A stretch of DNA of 32,000 nucleotides from Candidatus Omnitrophota bacterium. Lineage in GTDB: Bacteria; Omnitrophota; Gorgyraeia; 2-01-FULL-45-10. A model generated the notes under the pieces. It did no database searches. It worked only from the letters and a program-made list of their open reading frames with translations, and was not told the DNA's origin. Where the stretch lies: the NCBI GenBank assembly GCA_023818895.1, contig JAMWCX010000001.1, forward strand, positions 629,789 through 661,788. The letters are read 5' to 3'. Position numbers and translations under genes: made by a program. This document shows, piece after piece, positions 9,399 to 16,506 of the stretch (the first letter of the stretch is position 1; each line of letters begins with the position of its first letter).

Positions 9399-9404
9399 CT
9401 ACGT

Positions 9405-11003
9405 GTGAAAAAAATAGCCCTTATCAGACACGTTAAAAAAATTCATCTGGCGGCATGCCTATTCTATATCCTTGCGGCCATCATAATGCCGTGTATGCTC
9501 TGCGCGGATGAAAAAAGCGAAAAAAAAGACACCAAAGAGGAAGTAAATTATAACCTCGAGTTGGCCAGATACTACCTGAACCTTGGCTTCACTGATCCCC
9601 AGAATCCGGAATATTTCAACATCGCCATAAAAAAATATGAAGAAGTATTGAAAGCCGACCCTCGCCGCAAGGAAGCGATCGCGGACCTGGCGGATATATA
9701 CCTTTTCAAAGGCGACTCTGCTAAGGCCGAAGAATTGTATAAAAAACTTGCTGGCCTGGACCCGTCGTATGCGTCTTACCGAAAAAAGAAAGCCCTCGCA
9801 AAACCTGTCGCTGAATCAGCTGGAACCGGAAAAGAGATGCCGGCAAAGGACGATACCTCATACAGACTGGACTTAGCCCGGTCTTATATGTTCCAAGGGT
9901 TATCCAACCCAAAGGATCCTGTATATTTCGAAAAGGCTTTAATGCTATATAACGAGATACTTAAAACAGACCCGCGGCATAAGTCCGCGCTTTCTGACAT
10001 GATGGAGATCTACGCCCGACAAGGTAATGCCGCCATGGCCGAAGAAGTATATAACAAGCTTAAAAATCTGGATCCAGGGTACGCCGACGAGCAAAAGGTC
10101 AAAATATCAAGCAAAATAACTGCTGAACGCGTAACGACGCCGCCTATCGAGCCGCCTAAGGATACGGAAGATATTCTCGAGATCGCCAACATTTCCCTGC
10201 AGCAAGGGTTAGCCAATCCCACCCAGAGCGCATATTTTGATACAGCAATGAAACACTATCAGGACATATTAAAGTCGAGCCCCGAGCAGAAGGAGGCAAT
10301 TGCTGGTTTGGCGACAATATACGCCTGGAAGGGAAATACAGCCAAGGCTGAATCGCTATTTAAAAAACTTATCGACAAAGAGCCGGATAATATGACTCAT
10401 AGATTAAACCTCGCGTTTTTGTACTATTTAAGCGGCAGAAAAGATGATGCCTTAAAAACAACTGATCTGGTCATATCAAAAATACCTCGTTACAGCCGGG
10501 CCCATCTTTTGAGGGCCGTTATGCTCGAGCAAAACAATGACCTGCCTGAAGCGATATCCTCTTACAAGACAGCCGCGGAACTGGCCGAAACTTCCCGCGA
10601 TCTTGAAATCGCGAGTAGGTCATATTTTGCCCTGGCAGTATTATACGAAAAATGTTACCTATTCTTTGACGCTGTATCCCAGTTGGAAAAGATAATAAAG
10701 ATGCGCCCGGACTTCGCGGAAGGATATCTTGAGCTCGGGCGTCTATGTCTCAGAATAGGCCTTTTAGATAAAACCGTCTCCGCAATGAATTCTCTTATAA
10801 GCAGAACATCAAACGTGCCTCAGGCTTACGTCTTGCTTGGCATAGCATACTTTAGAAAAGGAGAGTTCGAAAAGTCTCTGGACAACCTAAGAAAGGCAAA
10901 GGCCGCTGGCGTCGATATGCCTGACGGCTTACTCGCCGCCGTGGAACGCAAGTTAAAAAAGATTGACTCTAATAAAGATGGTAAAGATGAAAAAGGTAAA
11001 TAG
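9405..11003 (+). CDS. Secreted TPR-repeat protein (three ~105-aa modules plus C-terminal TPR array)
   Basis: The GTG start is the only in-frame start after the TGA at 9390 that gives a signal peptide (KKIALIRHVKKIHLAACLFYILAAIIMPCMLCA). TPR-like helical repeats run throughout and the tail is Lys/Asp-rich. Confidence 0.8.
   Translation: MKKIALIRHVKKIHLAACLFYILAAIIMPCMLCADEKSEKKDTKEEVNYNLELARYYLNLGFTDPQNPEYFNIAIKKYEEVLKADPRRKEAIADLADIYLFKGDSAKAEELYKKLAGLDPSYASYRKKKALAKPVAESAGTGKEMPAKDDTSYRLDLARSYMFQGLSNPKDPVYFEKALMLYNEILKTDPRHKSALSDMMEIYARQGNAAMAEEVYNKLKNLDPGYADEQKVKISSKITAERVTTPPIEPPKDTEDILEIANISLQQGLANPTQSAYFDTAMKHYQDILKSSPEQKEAIAGLATIYAWKGNTAKAESLFKKLIDKEPDNMTHRLNLAFLYYLSGRKDDALKTTDLVISKIPRYSRAHLLRAVMLEQNNDLPEAISSYKTAAELAETSRDLEIASRSYFALAVLYEKCYLFFDAVSQLEKIIKMRPDFAEGYLELGRLCLRIGLLDKTVSAMNSLISRTSNVPQAYVLLGIAYFRKGEFEKSLDNLRKAKAAGVDMPDGLLAAVERKLKKIDSNKDGKDEKGK
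9543..10388 (+). repeat. Three tandem protein-level repeat modules inside the TPR gene (aa 47-121, 152-226, 256-328)
   Basis: Shared pattern L(E/D)(L/I)A..Y...G(L/F)..P....YF..A...Y..(V/I)LK..P..K.A...(L/M)..IY...G....AE..(Y/F).KL...(D/E)P, seen three times with about 30-aa linkers. Confidence 0.7.
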
Positions 11004-12798
11004 CTTCGTAGCCGCCTTCCTGGTCCTGGCGGCGGTGTTCTTGTACATACGATTTGTGATATATGGCGCGCCGCGCAGGCCCGATATAATCCTCATAACA
11101 GCGCATACCCTTCGTCCCGATCATCTAAGCACCTATGGTTATGAAAGAATCGATACAGCTGCCATCGACAGCCTTGCCTCAAAAAGCACTGTCTCAGAAA
11201 GGGCCTACTGCACCACTCCCATACCGGCTTACGGATACGCCTCCATAATAACCGGTAGGATTCCGGCTTTTGCCGTCACCCAAAAAGACAATAAAGTGCT
11301 GATGAATGATTCCGTAAAAAATTTGGCTGAGCGACTTAGCCTTGAGGGTTATTCCACGGCTCTTATCGCGGCTGATCCTTCCCTGCTTCCGCTTTCCGGA
11401 GATTACGCGAAAGGATTCGATATATTTTTACATTCATCGTCGAAGCTTTCAGAAAAAGACTCGGCGTCGAAAAACAGGATATTGACCGATAACGCCTTAA
11501 AGACCCTCAAAAAGCTCAAGCGTAAAGGAAAACCGGTATTCGCGTGGATTTCCTATTCCCTGCCGATATATCCTTACGACGTGCCCGCCAGCTTCCAAAA
11601 GGCAAAAGAAGAGTTCCCTTATGATAGGCAGGTGCTTTTCTTAGACGAAGAATTGTCAAGACTGCTGAACGGCCTTCGGAGGCTCCGAATGGTCAAAAGC
11701 TCCCTTATCATAATGACTTCTGCTACCGGCGAAAGCCTGGGAGAACATAAAGAAATTCTTCACGGTATATTCCTCTATGATGCCACAACGAGGGTTCCGC
11801 TTATGTTCAAATTGCCCAAACTATCCGTGGGCCGAAAAATCAAAACTATCTCTTCACATGTGGATATAGCCCCCACCGTGCTTGAGGTAGCCGGCGCAAA
11901 ATACGATAAAAATGATTTTGACGGGCAAAGCCTTCTGGCACAGGATGGAAATGGCAAGACAGCCGACAGGCGATTATACCTTGAAGCCACCAATAGCTAT
12001 AATACATTCGGGTGGAGCCCCTTGGCCGGGATGGTATGGGATCGGTATAAGTATATGGAGGCGCCGCAGCCCGAACTTTACGACATTTCGCTAGATCAGC
12101 ATGAACTGAAGAATATAATCGACGATAAACCAGAAAAGGCATCCGCTATCAGACAAGAGCTTTTGAAGATGATAAAAGAACGAAGACCACAACTTCTCGA
12201 GATTATGGGTAAGGGCCCGGATCCTAAATCAAAGGCGGATATACTGATCCCCTATTTTGTGGCGGCAAGATACCTAAAAGAGATGAACCCCGAACTGCTA
12301 ATAGGGTTGCATGAAAAACTTCTGGAAAAGGACCCGACCAATAAAGCCATGCTTTTCACTCTGGCCAGGATCTGTGACGCGGCCGGCAGGCCTTATTCAG
12401 CACAAAACTACCTCGTAAAATTAACCGCGCTTTATGAAGACTTTGCACCGGCATGGGGGTTTCTTGGCGATATCTACAACAAACAGGGAAAAATAGAAGA
12501 GGCGATAAGATGCTATGAAAAGGCTGTGTCCATATCACCGGACACGCCGGCGGCGCTTAATAATCTGGCCTGGCTTTACGCCGAGAAAGGTGAAAATCTA
12601 CAACGTGCCCTTAATTATGCGGAGCGAGCCAATGAATTGGTAAAAGACCATCCCTCCTTTATAGACACCCTGGCGGAAATCCATATCAAGATGGGCAACC
12701 CCGCAAAAGGCACAGAACTTTTAAGGAAGGCCCTATCATTGGATCCAAAATCAGAATATATTAAGAAACGGCTTGGCGAGTTGGAGACAAAAAAGTAG
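10987..12798 (+). CDS. Membrane-anchored sulfatase-like (alkaline-phosphatase superfamily) domain fused to C-terminal TPR repeats
   Basis: N-terminal anchor MKKVNSFVAAFLVLAAVFLY, then a sulfatase-type core (PDIILITAHTLRPDHLSTYGY ... IIMTSATGESLGEHKEILHGIFLYDATTRVPL). The C-terminal ~200 aa are TPRs (GFLGDIYNKQGKIEEAIRCYEKAVSISPD...). The ORF track starts at a TTG at 10963; the ATG at 10987 is preferred. The gene overlaps the stop of the upstream TPR gene. Confidence 0.82.
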   Translation: MKKVNSFVAAFLVLAAVFLYIRFVIYGAPRRPDIILITAHTLRPDHLSTYGYERIDTAAIDSLASKSTVSERAYCTTPIPAYGYASIITGRIPAFAVTQKDNKVLMNDSVKNLAERLSLEGYSTALIAADPSLLPLSGDYAKGFDIFLHSSSKLSEKDSASKNRILTDNALKTLKKLKRKGKPVFAWISYSLPIYPYDVPASFQKAKEEFPYDRQVLFLDEELSRLLNGLRRLRMVKSSLIIMTSATGESLGEHKEILHGIFLYDATTRVPLMFKLPKLSVGRKIKTISSHVDIAPTVLEVAGAKYDKNDFDGQSLLAQDGNGKTADRRLYLEATNSYNTFGWSPLAGMVWDRYKYMEAPQPELYDISLDQHELKNIIDDKPEKASAIRQELLKMIKERRPQLLEIMGKGPDPKSKADILIPYFVAARYLKEMNPELLIGLHEKLLEKDPTNKAMLFTLARICDAAGRPYSAQNYLVKLTALYEDFAPAWGFLGDIYNKQGKIEEAIRCYEKAVSISPDTPAALNNLAWLYAEKGENLQRALNYAERANELVKDHPSFIDTLAEIHIKMGNPAKGTELLRKALSLDPKSEYIKKRLGELETKK

Positions 12799-14128
12799 AG
12801 CTACCGGCTTCAATCCTGCCTCTCAAGGCAAACGAGGTAGCTGATCTTATCTCGATATTCAACAGACTACCAACCAAAGATCTATCTCCCTCAAAAATCA
12901 CCGCTTTATTTGTCCTTGTCCTGCCACTTAGCGATTTTTCATCCTTTTTATTTCGGCCGTCAACAAGCACTTCAACAACACTGCCGATAAGTGATTCATT
13001 GCGCTTCTTGGAAGAAGCGACCTGGAGGCCTATTATGCTCTGAAGCCTCTTCTCCTTAGCCGCTGCCGGTACATCATCCTTCAGAAATGCCGATTTGGCC
13101 GGCGGCCTGGGCGAATACTTGAACGTGAACGCGCTGTCGAACTCGATAGACCTCATAACGCTTAGGGTCTTTTTGAAATCGGCCTCCGTTTCAGAGGAGA
13201 AGCCTACAATGATATCAGTCGTGAGGCTTCCTCCGCATACTATCTTCCTATAATCTTCTACCAATTTCAAATACCTTTTTGCCGTATACCCCCGATTCAT
13301 CAGTTTAAGTATTCTGTCCGAACCTGATTGCAATGGCAGATGAAGATGTTCGCAAACCTTCTCCAGGTCGCGCATCGCCTTGAATAATTCTGTATGAACA
13401 TCTTTCGGGTGGCTAGTCATAAACCGGATACGCTCAATTCCATTGATTTTGTTTATTCTCTCCAACAGTTTCACGAAATTCACGGCCTGTCGGCCTGAGG
13501 GCCGGACGGCCTTACCGTAAGAGTTGACATTCTGCCCGAGAAGCGTCACCTCCTTGAATCCCCGGGCAGCGAGCTCCTCCACCTCCCTGATAACATCCTT
13601 CGCATCCCGCGACCGCTCTTTCCCCCTCACATACGGCACTATACAATACGAACAATAATTGTCGCACCCCTCGCCTATGGACACGTAAGCCTTGAAATCG
13701 TTTTCGCGATAGATCGAAAATATCTCCGGTCTTTTTTCGTTAACTTTGTCAACAGCGACTATGGCGCACCTGTTTTCCATAAAATCTTTGAGTATGCCGG
13801 CAAGATCTGCCTCATTACCAGGGCCGCACACAATATCTAATAGCGGAGATCTATCAATCGCTTTATCTTTATACTTTTGAGCGGTACAGCCCATAAGGCC
13901 GATGACAAGATCCCGCTTTTTTTTCTTAAGGCGAGCAAGGTCACCTATATTGGAAAAAAGCCTGTCCTCGGCATGTTGCCGAACGGAGCATGAATTAAAA
14001 AGCACGACATCCGCCTTCTCGACAGAATCGACAAGCTCGAACCCATTTTCTAGCAACATTCCCGCCACAAATTCCGAGTCACGGACGTTCATCTGGCAAC
14101 CGAAAGTCCGGATAAATATTTTTTTCAT
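12761..14128 (-). CDS. miaB: tRNA-2-methylthio-N6-dimethylallyladenosine synthase MiaB (radical SAM methylthiotransferase)
   Basis: UPF0004 N-terminal domain (FIRTFGCQMNVRDSE...LFNSCSVR), the radical-SAM motif CDNYCSYCIVPYVRG, and a C-terminal TRAM domain. Confidence 0.94.
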   Translation of the reverse strand: MKKIFIRTFGCQMNVRDSEFVAGMLLENGFELVDSVEKADVVLFNSCSVRQHAEDRLFSNIGDLARLKKKKRDLVIGLMGCTAQKYKDKAIDRSPLLDIVCGPGNEADLAGILKDFMENRCAIVAVDKVNEKRPEIFSIYRENDFKAYVSIGEGCDNYCSYCIVPYVRGKERSRDAKDVIREVEELAARGFKEVTLLGQNVNSYGKAVRPSGRQAVNFVKLLERINKINGIERIRFMTSHPKDVHTELFKAMRDLEKVCEHLHLPLQSGSDRILKLMNRGYTAKRYLKLVEDYRKIVCGGSLTTDIIVGFSSETEADFKKTLSVMRSIEFDSAFTFKYSPRPPAKSAFLKDDVPAAAKEKRLQSIIGLQVASSKKRNESLIGSVVEVLVDGRNKKDEKSLSGRTRTNKAVIFEGDRSLVGSLLNIEIRSATSFALRGRIEAGSSTFLSPTRQAVS

Positions 14129-14231
14129 AAAGTTTATTTTACAAAAAGATAGTCAATCAAGCATGAACCACTCTGTCAACAGCTTAATATAGCTACGAAT
14201 GGCAGCGGATAGCCATGTAATTATAGCTAAT

Positions 14232-14618
14232 TTAACCTTTGTATTTATCTGATACTCTCAGGATACTCGTGATATTATCTATCTCTGTCTTAATATCCTG
14301 AGTCTTGACTATGAACCCTGAGGCATTGAACTTGTTGGCGAGCTCAAAGCGTTCCTGGCTGGAAAAGGCGGTTATTATAAATACTGGGATTTGTTTGTTC
14401 TCGTTTCTTATTCTCTTAAGCACTTCCAGACCGTTCATGCCCGGCAGGAGTATATCAAGAAGTATGGCATCCGGTTTATGCTCTCTTATCCTGTCAAAGA
14501 CCTCTTTGCCATTCGTAGCTGTTACGACATCGTAACCGCTTGCCTCCAACCGAAGCTTTATCATGTTAAGAAACTCTATTTCATCGTCCACAACGAGTAT
14601 TTTTTTCTTTCTCTCCAT
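14232..14618 (-). CDS. Single-domain response regulator (CheY-like receiver)
   Basis: KILVVDDE..., phospho-acceptor context AILLDILLPGMNG, IITAF and FIVK. There is no output domain. An AAGGA Shine-Dalgarno is present, with a 13-nt gap after the kinase gene. Confidence 0.9.
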   Translation of the reverse strand: MERKKKILVVDDEIEFLNMIKLRLEASGYDVVTATNGKEVFDRIREHKPDAILLDILLPGMNGLEVLKRIRNENKQIPVFIITAFSSQERFELANKFNASGFIVKTQDIKTEIDNITSILRVSDKYKG

Positions 14619-14631
14619 AACCTTTTCCTTT

Positions 14632-16179
14632 CTAGGAACTTCTGGGCAAAGTAAATGTCACTTTCGTTCCCTTGCCGGAATCGCTCTCGACCCAGATCTT
14701 CCCCCCGTGCATCTCCACAATCTTCTTTGCTATCGAGAGCCCCAGCCCCGTCCCTCGATCGCCGGGCCGGCGCGCCCTCTCGAACTGCTGGAATTTGGTA
14801 AACAATTTCGGCAGATTTTCTCTTGAGATGCCAATACCGGTATCAGAGATAGCGCATTCGATCATTCTTCCGCTTCGCCTTATAGTAATATCGATGCGTC
14901 CTTTATCGGTAAATTTCACGGCATTATCCAGCAGATTAGTCACTACCTGTGTTATTCGTTCCGCATCGGCGTAGACATCGCTTCCTTCTTTCGGAAAATT
15001 GGTGCCAGTAGCCAAACCTTTGCCCTTTATTTTATTTTCAAAATACCCCAAGACCTGCTTTATCAATCCTTCCAGACTGGTCTTCTCTCTGCTTATATCA
15101 AGCCGGCCGGCCTCGATCTTTGATATGTCGAGAAGGTCGTTTATAATGCGAGAAAGCCTTTCCACATTCGCCTTTGCGCTAGCGAGTATCTTCACTTGTT
15201 GTTCATTTATTTTGCCGGGGATTTCATCTATAATAATGTTTATCCCCTCCTTGATTATAGACAGCGGTGTGCGCAATTCATGCGATACCATGCTTATAAA
15301 ATCGTCTTTTAACCGATCTAGTTCCTTGTATCGGCTGATATCCCGGTAAACACTCAGCAGCATCTTTTCGTCGCTGTGACGCGTAAGAGAGTTTGAAATA
15401 AGCAGCGTCTTCTCGGTCCCATCCTTGGCCTTTATCAAAACCTCTGATTCATGTACCCCTCCGTTCTCCAGCGCTTTTTCCGCGCTTTCACGCACCTTAT
15501 CGCGCCCTTCCGTATCCGGTATCAATTTGATCATAAAATCTTTGAAACTATTCGCTTCCTCCACAGAATAACCGGTTAGATCGCCCATCTTCGAATTGTA
15601 TATCACAAAGTGGCCTTGTGAATCGGTCAAGGTTATCCCTTCATCTATATGTTCTATTACCGCCACAAGTCTCATCAGCAATTCCTTAATCTTCGCCTCG
15701 GCTATTCTTTTATCGGTTATGTCGCGCACGTATTCTATGGCGCCGATGATTTTTTTTGTCTTGGCATCTATCAGCGGAAAGCTATATAGATCGAGCCAGC
15801 CAGTAATCTTTCCGCCAGTTCCACGCCTTGGCACTATCTGGCGGGCAGCCCCTCCTTCGCGGAGAGTCCTTCTTGTAGGGCATACTTCGCACGGAGTTCT
15901 CCTTGAATGATAGGCCGTATAACATTTTTTCCCGACAAGCGGCATAGCGTGAGAGTACCAATGTTCCATGGTGGGATTTACAAGAACGATGTTCATATCT
16001 TTGTCGAGGACGCTTATGCCATCTTGGATGCTGAAGAATACTGAGGAAAGAAAACTCTCTTCCTTCTTCAGCCTTTCCTCGGCAAGAGCTTTCTCAGACC
16101 TTAGTCTTTCAAGCCTCTCCATCCTGGCTTTCAGAGACCTTATCTGATCCATTTTGTGAGCCTTACCTTTTTTTATCAT
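14632..16179 (-). CDS. Soluble sensor histidine kinase (coiled coil, PAS, PAS, HisKA, HATPase_c)
   Basis: H-box SHELRTPLSIIKEG, N-box NLLDNAVKFT, G-boxes DTGIGI and GTGLGLSI, and no TM segments. The first PAS carries C86-x10-C97-x2-C100. An alternative start is the ATG at 16152 (MDQIRS...), preceded by AAGGTAAGG. Confidence 0.9.
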   Translation of the reverse strand: MIKKGKAHKMDQIRSLKARMERLERLRSEKALAEERLKKEESFLSSVFFSIQDGISVLDKDMNIVLVNPTMEHWYSHAMPLVGKKCYTAYHSRRTPCEVCPTRRTLREGGAARQIVPRRGTGGKITGWLDLYSFPLIDAKTKKIIGAIEYVRDITDKRIAEAKIKELLMRLVAVIEHIDEGITLTDSQGHFVIYNSKMGDLTGYSVEEANSFKDFMIKLIPDTEGRDKVRESAEKALENGGVHESEVLIKAKDGTEKTLLISNSLTRHSDEKMLLSVYRDISRYKELDRLKDDFISMVSHELRTPLSIIKEGINIIIDEIPGKINEQQVKILASAKANVERLSRIINDLLDISKIEAGRLDISREKTSLEGLIKQVLGYFENKIKGKGLATGTNFPKEGSDVYADAERITQVVTNLLDNAVKFTDKGRIDITIRRSGRMIECAISDTGIGISRENLPKLFTKFQQFERARRPGDRGTGLGLSIAKKIVEMHGGKIWVESDSGKGTKVTFTLPRSS

Positions 16180-16191
16180 ATGCTTGAAATG

Positions 16192-16200
16192 ATTATATCA
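16192..16200 (-). promoter_or_regulatory. Putative extended -10 box (TGATATAAT) upstream of kinase 1
   Basis: The minus strand reads TGATATAAT followed by CATTTCAAGCAT-ATG (12 nt to the ATG at 16179, 39 nt to the alternative ATG at 16152). The -35 region is weak. Confidence 0.3.
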
Positions 16201-16250
16201 CGGGATACTGAACAAATAAAGGACGGCCCCCTCCTTGCCGATGTTTCGAC

Positions 16251-16269
16251 AAAAAAATCGAGCCGTCCT
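16251..16269 (-). repeat. Intergenic motif AGGACGGCTCG-ATTTTTTT (copy A); possible terminator-like element
   Basis: The minus strand reads GTCCTaccgaaAGGACGGCTCGATTTTTTT, starting 26 nt after the DUF2934 ORF stop. A near-identical copy lies at 23700-23719. Confidence 0.45.
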
Positions 16270-16294
16270 TTCGGTAGGACTAACCACTGACTCT

Positions 16295-16465
16295 TTAGAA
16301 AGTCCTCTGCTTTATGATTCTCTCTGCTTCCAACCAGTCGTCCAATGCGTGACCCGGCTTTTTGCCTCTCTTCTCATACAGTTCGTAAGCCTTCTTACGG
16401 ATCGCGTCAGTCAGATCCTGGCCCTTTGAGGAACTCGTTCTAGTCACGGTGCTTGTTCTTGCCAT
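16295..16465 (-). CDS. Small DUF2934-like protein (56 aa), not in the ORF track
   Basis: The minus strand encodes MARTSTVTRTSSSKGQDLTDAIRKKAYELYEKRGKKPGHALDDWLEAERIIKQRTF. The core I.(K/R)AYE(L)(Y/W)E.RG.P.G...DDWL.AE matches the DUF2934 pattern as I recall it. A GAGGGGG Shine-Dalgarno lies upstream of the ATG. Confidence 0.6.
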   Translation of the reverse strand: MARTSTVTRTSSSKGQDLTDAIRKKAYELYEKRGKKPGHALDDWLEAERIIKQRTF

Positions 16466-16506
16466 CTTTCATCACCCCCTCAATCGCCATGTTTATATTC
16501 TATCAC

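Noticed and set aside
11846-12142. 98-aa and 72-aa minus-strand ORFs inside the sulfatase-like gene
   Set aside because: They are antisense shadow ORFs within a gene that has clear domain motifs, and they have no independent support.
7856-12798. Search for PEP-CTERM cargo, glycosyltransferases, Wza/Wzc-type exporters or PrsK/PrsR regulators near the exosortase
   Set aside because: None of the ORFs (or small unlisted ORFs in the short spacers) ends in a Pro-Glu-Pro motif plus TM helix plus basic tail, and none looks like an EPS enzyme. I therefore do not claim a classical PEP-CTERM/EPS locus.
14129-14231. Possible promoter or terminator signals between receiver 1 and miaB (TTGACA, direct repeat TATAGCTA x2, small ATGGC/GCCAT hairpin)
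   Set aside because: The TTGACA has no properly spaced -10 box. The hairpin is 5 bp with no U-tract, and the 8-nt repeats are short. I could not support any specific call.
16235-16429. 64-aa plus-strand ORF in the spacer between receiver 2 and kinase 1
   Set aside because: The opposite strand encodes a DUF2934-like protein with a strong Shine-Dalgarno (16295-16465). The plus-strand translation has no recognisable features.
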